A stretch of 37,750 bases of DNA. It comes from Patescibacteria group bacterium (GTDB lineage: Bacteria > Patescibacteriota > Minisyncoccia > Phycocordibacterales > JACOZG01). The stretch covers positions 1 to 37,750 of the forward strand of contig JBBTRZ010000010.1 in assembly GCA_038064935.1 (NCBI GenBank). The letters run 5' to 3'. The notes under the pieces were generated by a model. It had not been told where the DNA came from. It made no database searches and saw only the letters and a program-made list of their open reading frames with translations. Both the position numbers and the translations under genes were made by a program. Every line of letters starts with the position of its first letter. Position 1 is the stretch's first letter. Positions 18,693 to 26,209 of the stretch are shown here, piece by piece.

Positions 18693-19793
18693 ATGGCTGA
18701 TTCTTTTTCTTTTATCACCCTCGCAATTGTTGCGGTTGTTGGAATTGGCGTGGGAATTGTCGTCACGCGACGGCTGATACGGAGTAAAGGGGAGGGGAAT
18801 GATGGGATGGGCAATCAGAGTTTGCTCCTAATCCAAAATCAGTTGAATGAGTTGGCGCGGACCAATACTGAACTCTCGCGCGTGCTCGACGCGCGGCTAG
18901 TGGAATCTAATCGCACCGTCCATCAATCACTCGAAAAGCAATTTGGGGAAACCAACAAAATTGTGCGCGATGTGACCGAGCGCTTGACCAAACTCGACGA
19001 GACGAATAAACAAGTGGTCTCTTTCGCTGACCAACTCCAGTCGCTCCAGGATATTCTCAAGAATCCGAAACAGCGCGGGATTTTGGGTGAGTATTATCTC
19101 GAAACCTTGTTAAAAAATGTTCTCCCGACCGGCAGTTATCAGATGCAATACCCATTCGCCGACGGCACGATTGTGGATGCGGTGGTGTTCGTCAAAGATA
19201 AAATTATTCCGATTGATTCTAAGTTTTCGCTGGATAATTATAATCGGTTAGCAGAAGAAAAAAATCCAGCCGAGCGAGAGCGGTTAGAAAAACTGTTTAA
19301 GGCCGATTTAAAAAATAGAATTGACGAGACGGCAAAATATGTGAAGCCCACCGAGCGGACGATGGATTTTGCCTTCATGTTTATCCCGCACGAAGCGATT
19401 TATTACGATTTGCTCGTGGCCCAAGTCGGCACGGTTAAAATCAATACCCGCGACCTGATCGAGTACGCTTTCAAAGAAAAACATGTTATCATTGTCTCGC
19501 CGACTTCCTTCCTCGCTTATCTCCAGACGGTTCTGCAGGGATTGAAAGCGCTTCAAATTGAAGAATCGGCTAAAGAAATCCGAGCGCGAGTGGAAGATTT
19601 GGGACGACATCTAGGTTCCTACGAGGCCTATATGACGAAATTGGGCAATGCTCTCGGGACGAGCGTCGGTCATTACAACGCCGCTTACCGTGAACTCAAA
19701 AAAGTGGATAAAGATGTGACGCGGATTGTCGGCGCGAGTCCGGGCATTGAAGCGATCACGATCGAGAAACCGGATGCCGAAGACGGAGATTAA
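18693..19793 (+). CDS. rmuC: DNA recombination protein RmuC
   Basis: N-terminal TM, coiled coil, K.RG..GE..LE, IPIDSKF, DFAFMFIP.E, SPT. Confidence 0.93.
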   Translation: MADSFSFITLAIVAVVGIGVGIVVTRRLIRSKGEGNDGMGNQSLLLIQNQLNELARTNTELSRVLDARLVESNRTVHQSLEKQFGETNKIVRDVTERLTKLDETNKQVVSFADQLQSLQDILKNPKQRGILGEYYLETLLKNVLPTGSYQMQYPFADGTIVDAVVFVKDKIIPIDSKFSLDNYNRLAEEKNPAERERLEKLFKADLKNRIDETAKYVKPTERTMDFAFMFIPHEAIYYDLLVAQVGTVKINTRDLIEYAFKEKHVIIVSPTSFLAYLQTVLQGLKALQIEESAKEIRARVEDLGRHLGSYEAYMTKLGNALGTSVGHYNAAYRELKKVDKDVTRIVGASPGIEAITIEKPDAEDGD

Positions 19794-19807
19794 CTATAAA
19801 TTAAAAA

Positions 19808-19924
19808 ATGAAAAATTACGACAAGACAGGGAAGCAAGATGGTCGGCCGGCGTACCGCACGCCGTCGTGGTTCCGCTCCCAAAAAACACAATTCAAGAAA
19901 AGTTTCCGCAAACCGAGTTTATAA
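19808..19924 (+). CDS. Possible small basic protein (38 aa)
   Basis: ATG 14 nt after the rmuC stop; stop coincides with the start of the terminator hairpin. Confidence 0.3.
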   Translation: MKNYDKTGKQDGRPAYRTPSWFRSQKTQFKKSFRKPSL

Positions 19925-19950
19925 AAAAACCGCCATCAGGAGACAGCGGT
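19923..19950 (-). terminator. Intrinsic terminator
   Basis: ACCGC...GCGGT stem followed by a U run on the minus strand. Confidence 0.6.
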
Positions 19951-19973
19951 AGTTGGGGAATCAAGCCCTTCGG

Positions 19974-20516
19974 TTAGCAAATACATTGGCGGGGGAATAT
20001 GTCTATGCCTTCTTGAACCAATCGCAACATCGCTACGCCGATAGAAACATTGAATTCTTGCGCCACGGGGCCAGCTTTTAGAAGACAAGTTGGTAAAACC
20101 AAACTCAAGTATCTGCGAGGAAGTCTACTTTCACCAACATGATCCACCAACATTCGCTTTTCGTGGGCTAGAGTGAGTTTGAATTCGACAAAATCTGCAT
20201 CATCCATAGTTTCGGCTACAGCCAAAGCGTCGTCAGCAAAAGGACTTAATTCTTTCAAACCTTGACGCAAATCCTCCAGAGTCTGTACCTTGCTAAGAAA
20301 ATGAGCATAATCTTCTTCTTCGTATTCTACCCCGTTGCCATCCCGGTTATCCCCAAAAGAATAGATGTCTCCTGACCATCTCCCTGTCACACGGCAAATG
20401 GTGGGGAGAGAAAATTCCCCGAGAGGGTAACTTATATTATTTAGTTTTTTCTCTATTTCTTTTTCCCGTAGCTCTAATTTTTTGGGACCAATTCTTAGTT
20501 TTCTTGGTTGGTTCAT
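19974..20516 (-). CDS. Hypothetical protein (orphan cassette)
   Basis: 180-aa ORF, strong SD AAGGAGAGGT, promoter-like TTGCTT-17-TAGTGT. Confidence 0.7.
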   Translation of the reverse strand: MNQPRKLRIGPKKLELREKEIEKKLNNISYPLGEFSLPTICRVTGRWSGDIYSFGDNRDGNGVEYEEEDYAHFLSKVQTLEDLRQGLKELSPFADDALAVAETMDDADFVEFKLTLAHEKRMLVDHVGESRLPRRYLSLVLPTCLLKAGPVAQEFNVSIGVAMLRLVQEGIDIFPRQCIC

Positions 20517-20584
20517 CCACCTCTCCTTTCAAAGATCAAATGGTTACAATAACACTACCTAACTTCTTTTTGAAAAGCAATGTT

Positions 20585-21661
20585 TTAAAGCAACTTTCGT
20601 TCCGCTACTTTGAGCGCCACGGCGCGTGGAGAATCGCCAGTTTTTTTCGACTCGGTGAGAACGGCGGTGACGCTTTTGGTAATTTTTTGTTTGACCAACT
20701 CAAACATTTTTTCGGCCGTATAACCGCGATGTTCGGCGTAGGAAGAGATGACTCCACCGGCGTTCGCCACAATGTCGGGAATAATGAGAACGCCGCGCTT
20801 GATTAGTTTAGTTTCGGCTTCGGGAGTAACAGCAATATTCGCGCCTTCGACAATTACCGACGCGTTGACTTCATCGGTGTTCGTTGCATTAATCACATCC
20901 GGCAAAGCGGCGGGAATAAGCACATCAACCGGCAAAGTGAAAATCTGGTCATTACTTAATTTTTCACTATTCAAAAAGTTAATCACCGATCCCTTCGCCT
21001 TTTTCACCCCCAGCAATTCTTTCCACGGCAGACCATTTTGATTGTAAATGGTACCCTTCGAATCGGAGACGGCCACAATTTTCAAACCGGCCTCGGTGAG
21101 AAATCGCGCGGCGAAAACTCCCACATTGCCGAAGCCTTCAACCGCCACTCGCGCGCCAGGGAGTGGCAAACCGCGGTGGGTGAGCGCAAGTTTGACCGCC
21201 TCGGCGACGCCGTAACCGGTGGAACCTAATTCATGAGGCAGGCCGCCTAAGCGCGCGGGTTTACCGGTCGCGGCTTGACGGTCGTTCACCGCCCGAACGA
21301 AAATGGCCATCTCTTTTTCAGTCATATTGATGTCCGGACCGGCGATGTAGAGCTTAGGGAGGAAGGGTTTGAGTTCGCGGGCAAACCATTCAACTACTTT
21401 TTTCTTCGTCACGGCATCTGATGTTTTAGGATCGAAAACGATGCCGGCTTTAGCTCCACCGAAGGGAATGCCGGCGAGAGCATTCTTATAAGTCATCGCC
21501 CGGGCTAATCGCGCCACTTCTTCTTCACTCACGGTCGGCGTCATACGAATTCCGCCTTTGCCGGGTCCGAGTTTAGTATTGTCAATTACTAAAATACCGT
21601 GAACACCAAATTCATGATTATAAACCTTCACCACATATCGCGGCCCAATGTTGTCGGTCAT
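20585..21661 (-). CDS. Glu/Leu/Phe/Val dehydrogenase
   Basis: GPGKGGIR, MTYKNA, GGAKAG, TGYGV, VEGFGNVG, EGAN, PD.VANAGGV. Confidence 0.93.
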   Translation of the reverse strand: MTDNIGPRYVVKVYNHEFGVHGILVIDNTKLGPGKGGIRMTPTVSEEEVARLARAMTYKNALAGIPFGGAKAGIVFDPKTSDAVTKKKVVEWFARELKPFLPKLYIAGPDINMTEKEMAIFVRAVNDRQAATGKPARLGGLPHELGSTGYGVAEAVKLALTHRGLPLPGARVAVEGFGNVGVFAARFLTEAGLKIVAVSDSKGTIYNQNGLPWKELLGVKKAKGSVINFLNSEKLSNDQIFTLPVDVLIPAALPDVINATNTDEVNASVIVEGANIAVTPEAETKLIKRGVLIIPDIVANAGGVISSYAEHRGYTAEKMFELVKQKITKSVTAVLTESKKTGDSPRAVALKVAERKLL

Positions 21662-21719
21662 AAAAATAACTCTAACTTTTCTAAATCATTTTGGCAAGAA
21701 AAAAGCCACGCCTAATTTA

Positions 21720-21757
21720 ATTGTCAAGTGGGCGGGGAGGGGATTGTAGGGTAGGAT
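21720..21757 (+). repeat. Direct repeat copy 1 (promoter segment upstream of the PIN TA module)
   Basis: 32/38 identical to 22441-22478. Confidence 0.8.
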
Positions 21758-21764
21758 GGGGGGC

Positions 21765-21956
21765 ATGCTTACTACTATCGAAAAACCTATTTTGCAAGCG
21801 CGACGGGAGATTGCCACTGTTTTGCGTCGTTATCGATTGGGGTGGGAAGAAGTTGCTCCCGATCGTGATTATTTGATTTGGAAAAAATTAAAGCCCTTGG
21901 CTAAAAGGGTGCGCAAGGAATTATTCCGCCAGTCGTATCCGTCTTTGGTTAAATGA
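21765..21956 (+). CDS. Putative antitoxin
   Basis: Small basic ORF translationally coupled (ATGA) to the PIN gene. Confidence 0.6.
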   Translation: MLTTIEKPILQARREIATVLRRYRLGWEEVAPDRDYLIWKKLKPLAKRVRKELFRQSYPSLVK

Positions 21957-22399
21957 TTGAGTCGTCGCCGGTCAAAGTTTTTCTCGATTCAAGTGTTATC
22001 ATTGCCGCCACTCTTTCTTCAACGGGCGGCTCTTTTCGTTTATGTCGCGAATGTCGAGACCACCATTTAATCGCTTACATTAATCAGTATGTTCAAGATG
22101 AAGTGCGCGAGGCGTTTGCCCGTAAGTATGTCTCTACTATCGATAAAATAAATTTACTGTTGGAATGGAGTAAAATTAATATTATCCCTAATCCCAAACC
22201 AGATTTTGTTAGAAAGATTGGGAATTTAATAAATTTAGAAGATGCTCCAATATTGGCTGGCGCATTAGGTAGCGAAGTTGATTTTTTGGTTACCCTGGAT
22301 CGCAAGGATTTCATGACACCAAAATTAAAGAAGTTTTCTCTTCCAACCATTATCACCACGCCTCAAGATTTTTTTCAACAACATTGGAATGGAAAATAA
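21953..22399 (+). CDS. PIN-domain (VapC-like) toxin
   Basis: VFLDSSVIIAA, E, DAPILAGA, LVTLD.KDF. Confidence 0.88.
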   Translation: MIESSPVKVFLDSSVIIAATLSSTGGSFRLCRECRDHHLIAYINQYVQDEVREAFARKYVSTIDKINLLLEWSKINIIPNPKPDFVRKIGNLINLEDAPILAGALGSEVDFLVTLDRKDFMTPKLKKFSLPTIITTPQDFFQQHWNGK

Positions 22400-22440
22400 A
22401 AAAAAGCCGCCGGCACGAATCGCCGACATGAGCAGCTTGC

Positions 22441-22478
22441 ATTGTCAAGTGGGCGGGAGCGGGAGAATAGGGTAGGAT
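22441..22478 (+). repeat. Direct repeat copy 2 (rplU promoter segment)
   Basis: Ends in TAGGAT 7 nt before the rplU ATG. Confidence 0.8.
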
Positions 22479-22485
22479 TAAGAAC

Positions 22486-22833
22486 ATGAAATTTGCGGTG
22501 ATTAAAACGGGAGGGAAACAATATAAAGTCGCCGATGGCGATGTTTTGACGATCGAGAAATTGCTTGCTTCGACGAAGCCACAGCGAGGCGAGCCCGCTT
22601 TGCCCGCTGTTGGAGAAGAAGTGACTTTCAAAGAAGTCCTTTTGACAGACGATGGCGAGAAGACAATTTTAGGCACTCCGACCATCACTGGCGTCGCGGT
22701 CACGGCTGAAGTGATCGCTGTTGGGCGTGCTAAGAAAGTGACCGTCATTAAATATAAACCTAAAGTCCGCTACCGCGTGAAGCGCGGCCACCGCCAGCCG
22801 TATATGAAGGTTAAGATAACCTCGATTAAATAA
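22486..22833 (+). CDS. rplU: 50S ribosomal protein L21 with a 10-aa insertion
   Basis: FAVIKTGGKQYKV..GD...IEKL, KYKPK..Y..K.GHRQ. Confidence 0.96.
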   Translation: MKFAVIKTGGKQYKVADGDVLTIEKLLASTKPQRGEPALPAVGEEVTFKEVLLTDDGEKTILGTPTITGVAVTAEVIAVGRAKKVTVIKYKPKVRYRVKRGHRQPYMKVKITSIK

Positions 22834-22869
22834 AAAAGACTCGAGCGTGCTTTCGCACGATCGAGTCTT
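22832..22869. terminator. Terminator between rplU and the orphan operon
   Basis: AAGACTCGA-G-CGTGC-TTTC-GCACG-A-TCGAGTCTT with an A run (U run on the minus strand). Confidence 0.8.
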
Positions 22870-22920
22870 GATGAGGTTTCAGTACGAAGTCGTCCTTCCG
22901 AACTCTGTATTGCTTTCCTG

Positions 22921-23406
22921 CTAGATCGTTGCATCCGAGTAACGCACACACTCCACAGCATCGTCCTTATCTTGCAAAAATGCTTGGAATTTCTCGTAGT
23001 CATGGACTACCAAGGTTACAACAGCGCAACCCTTGGTACCGTTGTCCAAGTATCTCACATTGACCTGACGGATAAAAAGAACTTTTTCCTCCGCATCAAC
23101 CATCTCCCGGAGCTTGGTGAAAACTGCCCGAGCTCGCGGTATACGCAAGTGACGACACAAGTCTTTGAATACTGTTTCCACAAGATCTTGGACTATGTCA
23201 AAGTCTGTGAGTTTGTCCGAATGGACCGCCTGATGGAGTTCACGGAGGTACTCCGCGGTAAATTCATCTCGGAAGATACCGCGGTCAATCTCTCCGCGCA
23301 ACTCTATCAACATCTTGATCCCGTCTGCCGTCAGTTCCGTATCGCGGATGAGAAAAGCCAAGACGCCCCAGAATTGAAGCAACTTCTCAATCTCAATCTT
23401 CTTCAT
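22921..23406 (-). CDS. Hypothetical protein (orphan cassette)
   Basis: ATG preceded by AAGGAG SD; alternative in-frame ATG at 23439. Confidence 0.7.
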   Translation of the reverse strand: MKKIEIEKLLQFWGVLAFLIRDTELTADGIKMLIELRGEIDRGIFRDEFTAEYLRELHQAVHSDKLTDFDIVQDLVETVFKDLCRHLRIPRARAVFTKLREMVDAEEKVLFIRQVNVRYLDNGTKGCAVVTLVVHDYEKFQAFLQDKDDAVECVRYSDATI

Positions 23407-23418
23407 TACAAACTCCTT

Positions 23419-23475
23419 TGGCGTTAAGGTTATCGCCATACCTAAGCTGTTTTAAGACGATTGCTTAAACGTCTT
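23419..23475 (-). ncRNA. Tandem H-type pseudoknot leader, copy 1
   Basis: 46/57 identical to 23914-23970; 8 of 11 differences are compensatory. Confidence 0.7.
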
Positions 23476-23583
23476 TGGTTTAAAAGAACTTCCGATTCAT
23501 CCTTTTGGAATCATCAGTCGAGATACACATCTCGATTCGGAGAGAGTTTTAATGGTTAACTCTCGAACCCAGTGGCGATACCA

Positions 23584-23901
23584 CTATTCAACCTCCTCCA
23601 CCTTTAGGCCGATCACTTTGCCGATAGTTTCCAGGGCATTTTTACCCTGGTGGTTCGGCAGGCCGTTTGGCAGGAAGATCCAACCCCCAAGGACAGATAC
23701 TAGGTGTCCAAGCCCCTCACTGTTCAGACGATGTGTAATCTGTTTAACCCTTGATTCACAAGTCTCACAGAAACAGCACATGATCTGACAAGCGGTAAAT
23801 TGGGCACTGACGAGAACCTGTCTCGGCCTATTCCAACCTTCCACCTTGACCTTAATGACGTGGGCGTCGTTGTCATTTCCGATACGAAGGTCTGCAAGCA
23901 T
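23584..23901 (-). CDS. Hypothetical Cys-rich protein (orphan cassette)
   Basis: CQIMCCFCETC cluster; AAAGAG SD-like; alternative in-frame ATG at 23934. Confidence 0.65.
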   Translation of the reverse strand: MLADLRIGNDNDAHVIKVKVEGWNRPRQVLVSAQFTACQIMCCFCETCESRVKQITHRLNSEGLGHLVSVLGGWIFLPNGLPNHQGKNALETIGKVIGLKVEEVE

Positions 23902-23913
23902 GGGAACTCTTTC

Positions 23914-23970
23914 TGGCGTTAAGGTTATCGCCATACCTGTCCTGTTTTGAAACGAGTGGACAAACGTTTG
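23914..23970 (-). ncRNA. Tandem H-type pseudoknot leader, copy 2
   Basis: Covarying copy of 23419-23475. Confidence 0.7.
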
Positions 23971-24022
23971 CTGTTACTGCCAACGCGACAATTACAGCCA
24001 AAATCAAAAAACTACCTGTTCC

Positions 24023-24053
24023 TAGCTTAGCATAAGTGATGGCTATTTGTCAA
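24023..24053 (-). promoter_or_regulatory. Promoter of the orphan operon
   Basis: TTGACA-18 nt-TAAGCT with a TG extension. Confidence 0.6.
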
Positions 24054-24085
24054 TAGCGGAAAAAAGGACTCAAAACAAGGATATT

Positions 24086-24733
24086 CTAGGACCGATTCGC
24101 TAAGGCGTTTTTGAGGGTATCAGTATCGGAGTATTCGAGCTCCGTGCCGGTCGAGAGGCCGCGGCCTAAGACGGTTAAGTGTAAACCCTCGTCGGTAAAT
24201 TGTTTTAGTGTTTGCTTGAGAAATTCGATGGTGTGATCGCCCTCGGGATTAACGGCCAAGGCGATAATCATTTCCTTAATTTTACGCGGGGAATTGTCAG
24301 CCATTCGTTTAGTTACGGCCGCCGTGAGTTCTCGGAGTCGGACTTTCAACTGTGGCTCCTTCTCTAAAATAGGGATAAGGCCGCCTAAGACGAAGAAGTG
24401 CCCGTTATAAGTGTCCGACTGGCGCACGGCTTCCAAGTCGGCGTCTTTCTCCACCACCATGAGGAGACTATTATCTCGTTCCAGATCCTGGCAAAGATCG
24501 CAAGTTTTGGCTGGCCCACCCGACTCTGGTCGGACGGGAGCGGAATAGAAACGGAAACATTGCTGGCATTGAGCCACCGCTTTACCTAATTCATGGAGTT
24601 CTGCGGTTAGACGATCAATTTGATTTTGCCCTTCACGAAGCAAATGATAGACAAAACGGCGCGCCTGCCGTGGTCCGATCCCCGGAAAACGGCGGAAAGT
24701 CTCGGTTAAGCGATCAACGATATTGTGAGCCAT
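24086..24733 (-). CDS. recR: Recombination protein RecR
   Basis: PGIG.RQA.R HhH, C..C...C..C zinc finger, VVE..D Toprim, G.ELEY.D..TL..AL. Confidence 0.95.
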   Translation of the reverse strand: MAHNIVDRLTETFRRFPGIGPRQARRFVYHLLREGQNQIDRLTAELHELGKAVAQCQQCFRFYSAPVRPESGGPAKTCDLCQDLERDNSLLMVVEKDADLEAVRQSDTYNGHFFVLGGLIPILEKEPQLKVRLRELTAAVTKRMADNSPRKIKEMIIALAVNPEGDHTIEFLKQTLKQFTDEGLHLTVLGRGLSTGTELEYSDTDTLKNALANRS

Positions 24734-24762
24734 TGGATCAAACCAAAATTTTTTAAAATAAA

Positions 24763-26127
24763 TTAACTAAACGCGCCAAAATCATTCTTATCAACACTGG
24801 TGAAGCTCACTCGCTGTTCATCAAAATAAAGTTCAATCGAGCCGGTCGGGCCATTGCGATGTTTCTCAATCATAATCTCAGCGATATTCTTCTTGTCGGA
24901 GGCCTCGTCATATTTATCCGGCCGGTGAATAAACATCACGACATCGGCATCCTGTTCGATTGAGCCAGAATCTCGGAGATCGGAGAGTCGCGGTCGCCCG
25001 CCGCGTTGCTCGACGGCTCGATTTAACTGTGATAAGGCCAAAACCGGAATATCAAGTTCGCGCGCCAAGCCTTTGAGTGACCGCGAAATCTCGGTGACTT
25101 GCTGGACTAAAGAATCGCTGTCACGGCGGGGAACCATTAGTTGAAGATAATCAACCACCACCAATCCCAAATTATGTTCGGCTTTCAATCGGCGAGCGAC
25201 CGATTTCATTTTTGTAATGTTGTTCCCGGCATCATCGTCAATGAAGAGCGGCGCTTTCGATAATGAGTCGAGGGCATCGCGGATCCGTGAGAATTCGTCA
25301 TCAGCGGACAGTCGTCCCGTGCGGAGTTTCCAAGAATCCACATGACTTTCGGCGGCGATCAGACGATCAACTAATTGTTGAGAGCTCATTTCGAGCGAAA
25401 AAACGCAAACGGGCATTTGTTGTTTAGCCACATGGCGGGCGATATCGAGGGCGAGCGAAGTCTTGCCCATAGACGGTCGGGCGGCGAGAATAATTAAATC
25501 AGATTTTTGCAAACCGGCCAATTTATCATCAAGTTGTTTGAATCCGGTCGGTATGCCGCGGAGCGTGTCGCCGGTTTTATGCAATCGTTCGAAGCGTTCC
25601 CAGGCCTCGGCCAAACTGTCTTTAAGAGTGATAAAACTTTTTTTGGAAAAATTAATGAGGCCGAGGATCGCTTTTTCCGCCGACTCAAAAACATTATCAA
25701 TATCCTGACTTTCATCGTAACCCAATTGAGAAATGTGTTCGGCCGACTCGATCAAATTGCGAAGCTGGGCTTTTTTCCGCACCAAAGCGGCGTAAAATCC
25801 CAAATTGCTCGCTGACGGAACAGTATTCACCATCTCGGCGAGGTAAGCCGCGCCGCCGATTGATTCCAATTGTTTGGCATTCTTAAGCGCCGAGGTCATG
25901 GAGACGAGATCAATCGGCTCGCTTTTGTCAAAAAGTTTGAGCATGGCCTGATAAATACGATGGTGTTTTTCGGCGTAGAAGTCATTGGGTTTAATCATCG
26001 TGACCACTTCATTTAGGCCAGCCGGCTTCACCATAATCGAGCCAAGCAAGGCTTGCTCGGCCGAGAGATCCTGCGGTGGGACGCGGAGTGGAGTTTTTAT
26101 AAACGGCGCGCTGTTGGTTGTAGCCAT
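24763..26127 (-). CDS. dnaB: Replicative DNA helicase
   Basis: PPQ...AEQA.LG, AARPSMGKT, VVDYLQLM, LSQLNRA, DLRDSGSIEQDAD, KHRNGPTG. Confidence 0.97.
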   Translation of the reverse strand: MATTNSAPFIKTPLRVPPQDLSAEQALLGSIMVKPAGLNEVVTMIKPNDFYAEKHHRIYQAMLKLFDKSEPIDLVSMTSALKNAKQLESIGGAAYLAEMVNTVPSASNLGFYAALVRKKAQLRNLIESAEHISQLGYDESQDIDNVFESAEKAILGLINFSKKSFITLKDSLAEAWERFERLHKTGDTLRGIPTGFKQLDDKLAGLQKSDLIILAARPSMGKTSLALDIARHVAKQQMPVCVFSLEMSSQQLVDRLIAAESHVDSWKLRTGRLSADDEFSRIRDALDSLSKAPLFIDDDAGNNITKMKSVARRLKAEHNLGLVVVDYLQLMVPRRDSDSLVQQVTEISRSLKGLARELDIPVLALSQLNRAVEQRGGRPRLSDLRDSGSIEQDADVVMFIHRPDKYDEASDKKNIAEIMIEKHRNGPTGSIELYFDEQRVSFTSVDKNDFGAFS

Positions 26128-26209
26128 AGCTTCTGATTGTAGCACAGACCCGAAGTGGCAAAAGCCCCTTGAGTTAATCAAAAGGGGATGGTTGGGGGAC
26201 AAAAATTAA

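Noticed and set aside
17740-19980. Integron cassette array (two orphan genes end in TAAC)
   Set aside because: No matching GTTRRRY closing an attC hairpin, cassettes are dispersed, and no integrase is present.
23419-23443. Fluoride riboswitch (GGCG...CGCC hairpin)
   Set aside because: Lacks the GAUG and UGAUG/CUAC conserved elements, and there is no crcB/eriC-type gene.
23419-23970. CRISPR array from the 25-bp exact repeat
   Set aside because: Only two copies, 495 bp apart with a gene between them, and no cas genes.
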